Positions 1 through 9,222 of a stretch of 64,000 bases of DNA are shown here, piece by piece; positions within the stretch are counted from its first letter, which is position 1; each line of letters opens with the position of its first letter. The notes beneath the pieces are model-generated. The model saw only the letters and a program-made list of their open reading frames with translations. It was not told the DNA's origin and did no database searches. Made by a program: the position numbers and the translations under genes. This DNA comes from Planctomycetota bacterium (GTDB lineage: Bacteria > Planctomycetota > SZUA-567 > H5-PLA8). The stretch is from contig JBBRPR010000020.1 in assembly GCA_038227875.1 (NCBI GenBank), forward strand, positions 32,001 to 96,000. The letters run 5' to 3'.

Positions 1-47
1 TCGAGATCCAGAACGGGGATGTCGAGCCAGACGACACTGTTGGCCAT
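1..47 (-). CDS. VOC/glyoxalase family protein, 5' end only (runs off the window)
   Basis: Reverse strand reads MANSVVWLDIPVLDL after an AAGGAG RBS, matching the N-terminal 'xVWFEIPVxDL' pattern of VOC proteins. Confidence 0.65.
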   Translation of the reverse strand, partial: MANSVVWLDIPVLDL

Positions 48-203
48 GATCTTCTCCTTAAATGCAGGTTGTTTCAAATGCTACGGTCGCCCAAGTCGGA
101 GCTCAACTGCATCTTGCAGCTCCGACCGCACTACTAAGATGGAACAAATCGAGTAGAAATGGACATATAATATTCAGGTGGAGCATTTCAGGGAGAACCG
201 ATC

Positions 204-1394
204 ATGGCAGCGAACACGGACGTCGTTATCCTCTCGGCAGCGCGAACTCCGGTGGGGAAATTTCTGGGCGGGTTGTCGGGGCTGAGTGCCGCAGAGTTGG
301 GTGGCATCGCTTTTAAAAATGCTTTGGAACGCGCGGGGATTTCCGGCGCGGATGTCAACGAAGTCATCATGGGCAACGTCGTTAGCGCGGGCGTGGGCAT
401 GGCCCCGGCGCGCAATGCGGCGCTGAAGGCGGGTCTGCCGGATTCGATGCCGTGTTTCACGATCAACAAGGTGTGCGGCTCGGGTTTGAAGGCGGTAATG
501 CTCGGCGCCCAGGCGATCAAGGCCGGCGACGCGGCGGTGATTCTCGCCGGCGGCAGCGAGAGCATGTCGAATGCGCCGTATCTCTTGCGACGCGCGCGCA
601 CCGGGTACACCTACGGCCACGCCAAGATGGAAGACAGCCTGCTGACCGATGGCCTCGAGTGCTGCAAAGAAGGCTGGCCGATGGGCAACGCGGCGGAGTT
701 TATCGCGCAGAAATTCTCGATCTCGCGAGAGGCGGCCGACCAGTTCGCGTTTGAGAGCCACAAGAAGGCGGTAACAGCGGCGGAAGCTGGGAAGTTTAAG
801 GCCGAGATCGTGCCGATCGAGATCGCTCAGAAAAAGGGTCCGCCCACGGTGATCGTCAAGGACGAAGGTCCGCGCGCCGATACGACGCTGGAGAAACTGG
901 CGACGTTGAAACCGGCGTTCGATCCCAAGGGCGTTGTTACGGCAGGGAATTCCAGCACGCTGAACGATGGCGCGGCGGCGGTGGTCGTGGCCAGCGCCTC
1001 GTGGGCGGCGGAGAAGGGGCTCAAACCGCTCGCGCGGATCCGCGCGTATGCGACCAGCGGCGTGGCGCCGAAGGAAATTTTTCACGCGCCGTCCCTGGCG
1101 GTGCCTGCGGCGGTGCAGCGGGCGGGTCTGGAACTTAAGGATATCGGCCTGTTCGAGCTGAACGAAGCATTCGCGACGCAAGCGGTGGCGAACATTAATT
1201 TCATGAAACTGGACGCCAAACGCGTCAACGTTCACGGCGGCGCGGTGGCGCTGGGACATCCGCTGGGCGCCAGCGGCGCGCGGTGCCTGACGACACTGCT
1301 CTACGCGATGCGCGACCGCAACGAACGGTTCGGCGTGGCCGCGCTGTGCATTGGCGGTGGCAACGCGGTGGCGACGGTGGTGGAGTTGATGTGA
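204..1394 (+). CDS. Acetyl-CoA C-acetyltransferase (thiolase II)
   Basis: 396 aa with thiolase motifs SAARTPVG, NKVCGSG (catalytic Cys), NEAF, GHPLGASG and CIGGG; GGGAG RBS. Confidence 0.96.
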   Translation: MAANTDVVILSAARTPVGKFLGGLSGLSAAELGGIAFKNALERAGISGADVNEVIMGNVVSAGVGMAPARNAALKAGLPDSMPCFTINKVCGSGLKAVMLGAQAIKAGDAAVILAGGSESMSNAPYLLRRARTGYTYGHAKMEDSLLTDGLECCKEGWPMGNAAEFIAQKFSISREAADQFAFESHKKAVTAAEAGKFKAEIVPIEIAQKKGPPTVIVKDEGPRADTTLEKLATLKPAFDPKGVVTAGNSSTLNDGAAAVVVASASWAAEKGLKPLARIRAYATSGVAPKEIFHAPSLAVPAAVQRAGLELKDIGLFELNEAFATQAVANINFMKLDAKRVNVHGGAVALGHPLGASGARCLTTLLYAMRDRNERFGVAALCIGGGNAVATVVELM

Positions 1395-1407
1395 CCGGGG
1401 CCGCGTC

Positions 1408-1884
1408 GTGTCCAGAATTCAGACCGAAATGGCGCTGACAGTTCTTTTTGGTGGAACAGAAGTTCCGGGCGTCAGCGTTTACGGATATTGGCCCTATGAA
1501 AATGCAATATTCCCGGCGTTCCCAAGCCGGATTTGGACAGTTCCCACTCGAGTGAAGAATTCCACGCTGAGGCCCCTCGATGGTTCAGCATGGAGTATTC
1601 TGGTTTGGGATATTCATATCGTTGAGTGGCCGGATGCAGGCGAGTGGACTTCATTGATTAAGCAGACACTTCAGGTCTTCACGCACCATGGCGCTAAAGT
1701 TGCCTGGTGTGGACTTGAAGGGTTGGTTGCCGATCCACCATTTTTATTTGATCCGATTCACATGAGTGGTGGCGTATGGGCCTGTCTAACTTCGGATGAC
1801 GAGTTCTTATGCAGAGGTCATCTTGGACAAGAATTTAATGTCATGTCAGACTTCGATATGGCAGTGCTAAAGACAAAAATTTAA
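1408..1884 (+). CDS. Hypothetical protein, visibly lower GC than its neighbours (start may be the ATG at 1429)
   Basis: 158-aa ORF filling the gap between the thiolase and the convergent anti-sigma gene; Trp/aromatic-rich; many A/T-ending codons. Confidence 0.6.
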   Translation: MSRIQTEMALTVLFGGTEVPGVSVYGYWPYENAIFPAFPSRIWTVPTRVKNSTLRPLDGSAWSILVWDIHIVEWPDAGEWTSLIKQTLQVFTHHGAKVAWCGLEGLVADPPFLFDPIHMSGGVWACLTSDDEFLCRGHLGQEFNVMSDFDMAVLKTKI

Positions 1885-1885
1885 A

Positions 1886-4048
1886 CTATGGCAGCGTTTC
1901 GATGATGATCGTGATGGTGACCTGATCGCCAGCTGCCAGGCTGTTTGCATTCTGTTTGTCGGACTGTTTGTTGGCTGCGGACTTGTCTAGTTCCTTGGTT
2001 TCGTCAATGTCAGGCACTGAATTGGGCGCGGCAAATCCATCTTCAGTAGTGCCATTTCCAGCGCCACCGTTGCTACTACCTCGGGTTGCGCCGGGGCTTT
2101 CTTCCTTGCCAAATTTACCCTCGTTTCTGAACCGTCCGTCGGGGCGCAGCTTGGATTCCATGGCGCTGATTCTCGCGAGCAGCGCCTGACTCTGGCGGTC
2201 ACTGACGGAGAGGGTGAAGGTGAATGACCGCGCTTGTTCCCCGGCCGCGTCATCCAGAGCTGGCTGAGCGGCGAGTTGCTCATTGGAATTCGCTTCGTCC
2301 GCGGTTGTTGCGCGAGTAATCGTCGTGTCGTCGCTGGACTTTTTCGCGACCGCGGACTTGGCAGCTGACTGCGACCGGACAGGAGCCTTGGTACCGTTCT
2401 GTGAGTCCTTTGAAGTCTGCGCGGAATCGGCGGGCGCAGCCAGTCTGCCTCCGACCATTTTACCGCCGGATTGAGCGGCCAGTTTCTGAAGTTGATCGAC
2501 CAGGCCAGCGACTTCTTCCTTACGGCAGACGATTTTCCGGACCGTACCTGCACCGACTTTGGCACGGATTTGCAGCTTATCATCATCGCGCTCGTCACGA
2601 GCCATGCCTGAGGCGGCGGGTTTATCCTGCGCGCTTTCGCCGTCCTTGATCCGATCGCGTTTCGATTCCTCCCGCAACGGTTCGTTATTCAGGCCTGACT
2701 CTCTGGGCTGAGTTTTGGCCGGCGGCGCGGCAGGAGCCGCTCCCGGACCGTTATGTGGCGCCGGAGTTTGTGTTGGCCCAGTCGTTTCCGGATCACGCGG
2801 TGCGGCCGGGACGGCGGTTGCAGGTGCTCCAGAAGCAGCTCCCGCGGGTGGGAGTGTTGCGGCGCGGACTGCAGGCTTGGAGTCCGCGAATTTTGAATCC
2901 ATGTCGGCGGCCTTCGATTTGGCCAAGTCGCTTTTTTGCGCCTGACCGCCGCCCAATTTTTCCCCCGAGGCTGGCATCCGATCGTTACGCTCGGCACCGG
3001 CTCCGCTGCCAAGACCGCCACCCTTGCCCGGGTCAACCTGAGTTTTTGTCAACGGTTCTTCGTTCTGACTGACGGCTCCGACAGTCTTTTCCTCCGATTT
3101 CTCGTTCTCCGCTTTTTTGCTTTCTGTAACTTCCTCACCGCCGTCCGCCAAAGGTCGGGAAACTCTGGGTGCGAGGTCTTGCTCGAGATGCTGACCCGGT
3201 GGCGTCGAATTTTTGTCGTTGCGCTGTTCCTGGAGATGATCGACTCTTCGCTTCTCATCCAGCAGCATTTTGGCATGAGCCAGTGAATCCGCAGGATCGA
3301 ATTTGCGGTCCTTGACGGCATCGACCTCAACTGCATTGGATGCTTCGTTGCGATCACCTTTGGGAGCCGCGACTTGATCTCGGAAGATCGGCTTGGCTTG
3401 TTCCAACTTTTTAACGGCACCTTCCGGAGTAGTCGGGGCGGCCGGAAGCGCAGGCTTCCTCGCAGCCGAATCCGGCACCACAGGCGCTACAGGTGCGGGC
3501 GAGGGAGATGGGGAGTTGGCTTCCAGTTTCCTCGACGGCAAGTCAGCTTGTGGAGCGTTGGTGGAACCCTGCGGCGCTTCTGCTTCCTTGGCGGCTTCCA
3601 AGGTTGGGGGCCGAGATTTCGCGGGAGCCGCGGGCTGCGTTGCTACGCGCGACTCTTCGGTCATAGCGGTCTTGGAGTGATCGTGCGAGGCCAGCATGGG
3701 CAGTAGTTGAAAGATCAGAACTCCGGCCATCAGCATCGCTGCGATGCCCATCAGGGCGGGGCGCCAGCTCTGTGTCGCGCGCTTGGGTTCGAAGGAAACA
3801 ACCTGCGGAATCGCGGGGCGGCTTTCCTGCTTCGATGTTTCCTGGCGGATGGCAGCGGCAAGCGTGGCCGGGGCTTTGAGCTTGGGCAGGCTGGCGAGGG
3901 CACCCTGCGCTTGCGACAGTTCGTCAAGCAGCGCGCGGCAGGCGGGGCAGTCGCGGACGTGAGCCTCGATGGCGGCGCGTTCGGACGGCGGAGCCTCGCC
4001 GTCGAGATACGCGCTCAATTCAATTTGGATGTCTTCACAGTTTTGCAT
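1886..4048 (-). CDS. Zinc-finger (zf-HC2/ZAS) anti-sigma factor with a TM helix and a very long low-complexity extracytoplasmic region
   Basis: N-terminal C...LSAYLDGE...HVRDCPAC (HxxxCxxC), TM segment ALMGIAAMLMAGVLIFQLL; directly downstream of an ECF sigma gene. Confidence 0.85.
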   Translation of the reverse strand: MQNCEDIQIELSAYLDGEAPPSERAAIEAHVRDCPACRALLDELSQAQGALASLPKLKAPATLAAAIRQETSKQESRPAIPQVVSFEPKRATQSWRPALMGIAAMLMAGVLIFQLLPMLASHDHSKTAMTEESRVATQPAAPAKSRPPTLEAAKEAEAPQGSTNAPQADLPSRKLEANSPSPSPAPVAPVVPDSAARKPALPAAPTTPEGAVKKLEQAKPIFRDQVAAPKGDRNEASNAVEVDAVKDRKFDPADSLAHAKMLLDEKRRVDHLQEQRNDKNSTPPGQHLEQDLAPRVSRPLADGGEEVTESKKAENEKSEEKTVGAVSQNEEPLTKTQVDPGKGGGLGSGAGAERNDRMPASGEKLGGGQAQKSDLAKSKAADMDSKFADSKPAVRAATLPPAGAASGAPATAVPAAPRDPETTGPTQTPAPHNGPGAAPAAPPAKTQPRESGLNNEPLREESKRDRIKDGESAQDKPAASGMARDERDDDKLQIRAKVGAGTVRKIVCRKEEVAGLVDQLQKLAAQSGGKMVGGRLAAPADSAQTSKDSQNGTKAPVRSQSAAKSAVAKKSSDDTTITRATTADEANSNEQLAAQPALDDAAGEQARSFTFTLSVSDRQSQALLARISAMESKLRPDGRFRNEGKFGKEESPGATRGSSNGGAGNGTTEDGFAAPNSVPDIDETKELDKSAANKQSDKQNANSLAAGDQVTITIIIETLP

Positions 4049-4077
4049 GCTGCCTGTCCCGAGGCCCGTCGAAGGGC

Positions 4078-4794
4078 CTACTTCCTCAGATCCTTTAAGA
4101 TCCGCGCCAGTTCCAACCGTGCCCGGTGCAACCGGGACTTCACGGCGGCTGTCGTAATATCTAGTGTTTCCGCGATGGTCTCGTAGTCCATGCCCTCAAT
4201 GTCCCGCAGCACCAGAATGGAGCGGTAATCTTCGTCGATCTCCTGCAGTCCTGCCCGAACGCGTGCCTTGAGCTGTTCCTGTTCCAGAATCTTCGCGGGG
4301 TCGGTGTCTTTACGATCGGGAATCACCGCGTCCAGGGAAAGATCGTCGTCGCCCGACTTGCCTGATCCAGCATCCAACCGCGCGCCTTCGTGCGCTTTGC
4401 GCCGGACTTCCTGTCTGCGCCGCGAAAAGCCGGTGTTGACGGCGATGCGGAAAAGCCACGTGTAGAATTTCGACCCTTGGCGGAACGACCCCAGTGCGCG
4501 GAAAGCTTTCAAAAACGTTTCCTGCGAAAGGTCTTCGGCCTCCTGAGTCGAACCACACATGCGCGCCAGAGTATTGAACACCCGGTCCTGGTAGCGCACG
4601 ACCAGTTCGTCAAACGCGTCGGAGTTCCCGGCCAGAACCTTTTCGACCAGGTCTTCGTCGCTGTTGCCCCGAGCTGCAGGATTGGCCACGATACCCGCTG
4701 CGGCCGGAAGTCGCTCCGCGCTGGGTGCCAGCCCTGTGGGCTTCACTTTGTTTGACTCACCGTGGGCCAAAGTCGATTCGCACTTTCTTACCAA
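4078..4794 (-). CDS. ECF RNA polymerase sigma-70 factor (RpoE/SigW-like)
   Basis: Region 2 AEDLSQETFLKAFRAL...FYTWLFRIAVN and region 4 LRDIEGMDYETIAETL...VKSRLHRAR. Confidence 0.95.
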   Translation of the reverse strand: MVRKCESTLAHGESNKVKPTGLAPSAERLPAAAGIVANPAARGNSDEDLVEKVLAGNSDAFDELVVRYQDRVFNTLARMCGSTQEAEDLSQETFLKAFRALGSFRQGSKFYTWLFRIAVNTGFSRRRQEVRRKAHEGARLDAGSGKSGDDDLSLDAVIPDRKDTDPAKILEQEQLKARVRAGLQEIDEDYRSILVLRDIEGMDYETIAETLDITTAAVKSRLHRARLELARILKDLRK

Positions 4795-4943
4795 AAAATG
4801 AGGGTACGGAAAGTGGGGCTGCGCCGCCCCTTTCCATGTGCACTTGCGTGCCGAGCACAGGCGATCACTTCAAGTTTAACGGCTATCTGCGCTTCCGGGT
4901 AATCAAAAATTAGACGTGTAGATCGGAATGGGGCGGGGATACG

Positions 4944-4975
4944 AATAAAGAAGCGGACCCTTTTCGATCCGCTTC
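4944..4975 (-). terminator. Probable intrinsic terminator of the HU/IHF gene
   Basis: Minus-strand stem GAAGCGGA/TCCGCTTC followed by TTTATT, about 30 bp after the HU stop. Confidence 0.65.
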
Positions 4976-5007
4976 CTACATATAAATGTGGTACAGCCCG
5001 CCAAACT

Positions 5008-5361
5008 TCAAGACACGACGGGCGTCGTCGACGTGGCAGGAGCGCCTTGTGTTGCGGGAGCTGCCGCAGCGGAGTCGGATGCTTTGGTGTTCTCGATCCG
5101 CTCTTCCATGATCTTGCCGGCTTTGAACGTCACCACCTGTTTGCTCGGCACCATAACTTCCGCACCTGTACGCGGGTTACGTGCTTTGCGGGCTTTGCGC
5201 GTGCGCACTTCGAACACGCCGAAATTGCGCAACTCGATGCGTTTCTCGCTGGTGAGGATCTCAACAATGCTGTCCAACGTCAGTTGCACGATTTGCTTGA
5301 CCTTCTGCTGCTCGACGTTGGTCTTCTTGGCGATCTCAATCACCATATCATTCTTTGTCAC
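5008..5361 (-). CDS. HU/IHF family nucleoid-associated protein
   Basis: GTG start at 5361 after GGAGGAG; (M)TKNDMV...RIELRNFGVFEVRTRKARKARNPRTG...VVTFKAGK is the Bac_DNA_binding signature; short Ala/Thr/Pro tail. Confidence 0.93.
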   Translation of the reverse strand: MTKNDMVIEIAKKTNVEQQKVKQIVQLTLDSIVEILTSEKRIELRNFGVFEVRTRKARKARNPRTGAEVMVPSKQVVTFKAGKIMEERIENTKASDSAAAAPATQGAPATSTTPVVS

Positions 5362-5867
5362 CGACCGCGCTCCTCCCCTGCGAACCCAAGAACGTGACGT
5401 CCATTTTACAAACCGAGTATGGATCGTCGCTTCAAAAAACGCCTGGCCGCCGTTCCTGATTAACGAAAACGACCGCACCTTCTACCGAACTAGGCTCTAA
5501 GTATCATGTTAGCGGATTCCTTGTCTATCACCGCCCTTGAGCGTGTCAAGGGAGAACCGCGAGGCGACGCACAAAGCTTGTAAAAACCGACAAAATCAGT
5601 TCGGCACGGATCGTCCTGCGATAAACCCTTTGCAGATGCCACAAAGCGTTTGTGCAGGAAGTTTCATAGCCGCCTTGATCAACGTGACCGAATGTTACAG
5701 TTTGTTACAGCCGAAGGGGAACCTTTTCGCAAAGTTCGGAAAAATCTTCTTATCGAGGGAACTGTGGTGACGATCGTACGCTGGCGTCCGAGGCTGCATG
5801 CGGTTGCGCGTGCATTTTCGCCCGTTATAGTCGTCTTAAAGATATTACCTTTAGAGAGGATCTGACT

Positions 5868-6953
5868 ACGGCTATCAACGACGCAGAAGTCGAGCTTTAT
5901 CTTGCTGAAATCAGCAAGTTCAAGCTGTTGACGATGCAGGAAGAGCGGGAGCTGGCTTACAAAATCGCGCAAGGCGATACGGAAGCTCGCGACCGGATGA
6001 TCCGTTGCAACCTGCGTCTGGTTGTCAGTATTGCCAAAAATTACAACGACCGCGGCATGGCGTTTTTGGATCTGATTGAAGAAGGAAATCTGGGATTGCT
6101 GAAAGCAGTCGGCCGATTTTCGCCGGACCAGGGTTGCAAATTTTCGACGTATGCGTCGTGGTGGATCAAGCAGACCATCCGCCGCGCATTGATCAACAAA
6201 GTTAAATCCGTGCGCGTGCCGGCATATATGGTGGAAGTGCTGACGCGCTGGAAGCGCACCAGCGCCAAGCTGGCGCAGAAACTCGGGCGCGATCCCGACA
6301 TCGACGAAATCGGCCGCGAATTGAAACTGTCACCTTCGAAGATCGCGATCATCCGCCAGGCGCTGAGCGCCTCGGCGCCGGTGGGCCGTGGCGGTGGCGG
6401 CGGGCAGGATTCCGACGGCTCGTTCGATCTGGAAGACATTCTCGCCGGCGTTCCCAGCCGCGAAGAAGAAGCGAGCCTTCCCGGCGACTACGACCGTGAG
6501 GCGCTGCGCTCCGCACTGGAATTCGCGCTGACCGATCGCGAACGGCACATCATCGAACTGCGGTACGGGTTGCATTCCGAAGACACATCGGAAGACGCCG
6601 AAGCGTTCACGCTGGAAAAAATCGGCGAAAAAATCGGACTGACGCGCGAGCGCGTTCGGCAGATTGAAAACCAGGCGCTGCGGAAGTTGCAGATTTTCCT
6701 GCAGCAGAAAGACGAGCGCGAAGAACGCGAGCGCGTCGCGCGCCGGAAAAATCGCGCCGAAGCGCAGCGGCAGGGCCTGCCCGCGCCCAAGCCCGATCAC
6801 GCTCAGGCCACGCCGACAGAAAGCGAAGCGTTGGAAGCCGCACGGCAAGTCAAACAGCCGCGCGCGCGCAAGGCCAAAGCCGCTCCTCCCAAGCCCCTGG
6901 TTGCGTCTGATCCGGACGACGATACAGACGACGCCGGCGATGCGGACGAATAG
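5868..6953 (+). CDS. Group 1/2 sigma-70 factor (RpoD/RpoS-like, no region 1.1) with a charged C-terminal tail; probable ACG start
   Basis: Region 1.2 (DAEVELYLAEISKFKLLTMQEE) lies in frame upstream of the annotated TTG at 5928; also NLRLVVSIAK, DLIEEGNLGL, KFSTYASWWIKQ and TRERVRQIE. Confidence 0.9.
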   Translation, partial: TAINDAEVELYLAEISKFKLLTMQEERELAYKIAQGDTEARDRMIRCNLRLVVSIAKNYNDRGMAFLDLIEEGNLGLLKAVGRFSPDQGCKFSTYASWWIKQTIRRALINKVKSVRVPAYMVEVLTRWKRTSAKLAQKLGRDPDIDEIGRELKLSPSKIAIIRQALSASAPVGRGGGGGQDSDGSFDLEDILAGVPSREEEASLPGDYDREALRSALEFALTDRERHIIELRYGLHSEDTSEDAEAFTLEKIGEKIGLTRERVRQIENQALRKLQIFLQQKDEREERERVARRKNRAEAQRQGLPAPKPDHAQATPTESEALEAARQVKQPRARKAKAAPPKPLVASDPDDDTDDAGDADE

Positions 6954-6987
6954 TACGATTTCCCGATCAGATCGGACGTGACCTGCC

Positions 6988-7809
6988 ATGATCCTGGGCG
7001 CTCCACTTACGCTTTCCGCGCAGCAGCCGCTCGCGGAACGGATCGATGCCGTCAAGAAGGCCGGATATTCGTGCGTACAGGTGAATCTGTCCGGACCTCC
7101 GACCTCGGAACTCAACGACAGCCTGAAGCGTTGCGCCGACGAAGGACTTGAGGTCGTCGCGATCGGCTGCTACGGCAATCCGCTGCAGCCGTGGACGCGA
7201 TCCGCGCAGGACGTATGCGCGGAGGATGCCTTTGCGTTGCTGGAATTTCTGCCGGTGCGCGAGAAGCCGTGGCCAATCGTGACGTGGAGCGGCACGCTTT
7301 CGGGGCAGCTCACCACGCCGCATCCCGGCAACACCAGCCCCGGGGCATTGCGCGAATTGAATTTCTGGGCGCGCCGCGCGAGTGCTGCGTTCAGCGCCAA
7401 AAATGCCAAGCTGCTCTTCAAGCCGCATAACGCTCACGCCTTGAACAACGCGGATGGAACGTACGATTTTCTGGCCGAACTGGACAACCCGCGCATTGGT
7501 GTGGTGATCGACGTCTGTAATTTTCTGACGCCGCGTAATTTTCACGAACGCGAGAAACACATCGTCGGCGCTATCGATTTGCTTGCGCCATTTGCCGGGT
7601 TGGCAGCGTTGAAAGACGCGCGGATCGAGCAGTTCAAAGTCGGGTATACGTCTCCCGGTCAGGGACAGGTCGGGTATGCGGGGTTACTGCGCCAGTTGAA
7701 CCGTCGCTGCAAAACCATTCCATGGATGATCGAATGCCCAGAGAGCGAACAGCAGCTGCGGCATGCGCGGGCGTATGTGGAGTTGCAGGGGCAACTGGCG
7801 GGTCTTTGA
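6988..7809 (+). CDS. Sugar phosphate isomerase/epimerase family (AP endonuclease 2 TIM barrel), divergent
   Basis: 273 aa; IGVVIDVCN, LKD and GQGQVGY...MIE segments typical of the fold; some metal ligands look substituted. Confidence 0.75.
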   Translation: MILGAPLTLSAQQPLAERIDAVKKAGYSCVQVNLSGPPTSELNDSLKRCADEGLEVVAIGCYGNPLQPWTRSAQDVCAEDAFALLEFLPVREKPWPIVTWSGTLSGQLTTPHPGNTSPGALRELNFWARRASAAFSAKNAKLLFKPHNAHALNNADGTYDFLAELDNPRIGVVIDVCNFLTPRNFHEREKHIVGAIDLLAPFAGLAALKDARIEQFKVGYTSPGQGQVGYAGLLRQLNRRCKTIPWMIECPESEQQLRHARAYVELQGQLAGL

Positions 7810-7960
7810 GCTTTTTTATGTCACGCAAAGCCGCAAAGAACGGCAACTGCCGGGAATGGGGATTCGGGAATCGGGATTCGGTGATCCGAGGCGGCGAATG
7901 CCGATTCCCGAATACCGGCAGTTCTTTGCGGCTTCGCGGCTTTGCGCGAGATAAAAAAGC
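7810..7960. repeat. About 150-bp intergenic fold-back (long imperfect inverted repeat containing GGGATTC/GGGAATC heptamers)
   Basis: GCTTTTTTAT...CGCAAAGCCGC...AACTGCCGG...ATTCGGGAATCGG pairs with CCGATTCCCGAAT...CCGGCAGTT...GCGGCTTTGCG...ATAAAAAAGC. Confidence 0.85.
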
Positions 7961-8031
7961 GGGTCTTAATAGGGGCGAACAAAGTCGCCGCGTGGCACGT
8001 ATAGTGTAGAAACGCCATTGGAGAACGATTC

Positions 8032-9033
8032 ATGAGCGGCATGCGGACGCTGATCACCGGGGGTGCGGGGTTTATTGGGAGTCATCTGGCCGATCGGCTG
8101 CTCGCGAACGGCGCAGAGCTGACGATCCTCGATGACCTCTCCACCGGGCGCTACGCCAATGTTGCGCATCTGGAAGGCAAGCCGGGTGTCACGCTGATCG
8201 TCGACAGTGTGCTCAACGAACGGCTGATGGAAGATCTGATCCGGGGATCCGACCGCGTCTTTCACCTCGCCAGTGCGGTGGGCGTGAAGTTGATCATGGA
8301 ACAGCCGGTCAAAACGATCGAGACGATTTTTCGCGGCACGGAAATCGTGCTGAAAAATTGTTCGCGCTACCGCAAACGCGTCCTGATTCCCAGCAGCAGC
8401 GAAGTCTACGGAAAAGGCGTCTCGGTGCCCTTCCGCGAAGACGACGATGTCCTGACGGGTGCCACGAAAAAACACCGCTGGGCCTATGCCTGCGCCAAAT
8501 CGCTCGACGAATTTCTGGCGCTTGCGCACTTCAAGGAAACGCGGCTGCCGGTCTCCGTCGTGCGGTTGTTTAACACCGTCGGCCCACGGCAGAGCGGGCA
8601 TTACGGCATGGTCGTGCCGCGTTTCGTGCAGTCGGCGCTGGCTGGTGAGCCCATCGAAGTTCACGGCGATGGCAAGCAGAGCCGCTGCTTCGCGCACGTC
8701 GCGGATATTGTCGATGTCTTTGCCAGAGTGCTGGAGACGCCGGAATGTTTCGGCGAAGTGATCAATCTCGGGAACGATACAGAAGTCACCGTTGAGCAAC
8801 TCGCGCAGACGGTCGTGCAGCTGACGAAAAGCAAAAGCGAAATCCGTCGGATCCCGTACGACGCAGTGTATGGCGCGGGCTTCGAAGACATGCAGCGCCG
8901 CGTCCCGTGTCTGGAGAAGGCCAAACGGCTGCTGGGCTACACGCCTTCGCGGGATTTGAAGACGATCATTCTGGACGTGGCGAGCGCGCTGACGCGCGAG
9001 GGGTCAGGGGTCAGGGGCCAGGGGTCAGAGTAG
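8032..9033 (+). CDS. NAD-dependent nucleotide-sugar epimerase/dehydratase (extended SDR)
   Basis: TGGAGFIGSH, SSSEVYG, YACAK (YxxxK), RLFNTVGPRQ and GDGKQSRCF. Confidence 0.95.
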   Translation: MSGMRTLITGGAGFIGSHLADRLLANGAELTILDDLSTGRYANVAHLEGKPGVTLIVDSVLNERLMEDLIRGSDRVFHLASAVGVKLIMEQPVKTIETIFRGTEIVLKNCSRYRKRVLIPSSSEVYGKGVSVPFREDDDVLTGATKKHRWAYACAKSLDEFLALAHFKETRLPVSVVRLFNTVGPRQSGHYGMVVPRFVQSALAGEPIEVHGDGKQSRCFAHVADIVDVFARVLETPECFGEVINLGNDTEVTVEQLAQTVVQLTKSKSEIRRIPYDAVYGAGFEDMQRRVPCLEKAKRLLGYTPSRDLKTIILDVASALTREGSGVRGQGSE

Positions 9034-9190
9034 AGGACCGTTGCGTGGGGAATTGTGTCCTCCTGGTTTCGAATGTCATAACGCGACAATGCAACCTGTT
9101 CGCCAAAAGGCGGTAGACAAGTTTCAGCGGTAAGCCGCACTCTATTCTGGCCCTGACCCCTAACCCCTGGCCCCTCACGCGTCAGCGCGC
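8984..9190. repeat. MITE-like element with ~52-bp inverted arms built on the GGGGTCA heptamer, overlapping the epimerase 3' end
   Basis: 8984-9035 is the near reverse complement of 9140-9190, with a ~104-bp spacer. Confidence 0.8.
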
Positions 9191-9222
9191 CAGAGGCATT
9201 CTAATCGCGCAAAAATTCGCTA

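Noticed and set aside
95..126. Hairpin GTCGGAGCT/AGCTCCGAC in a divergent promoter region
   Set aside because: Single 9-bp stem with no supporting motif.
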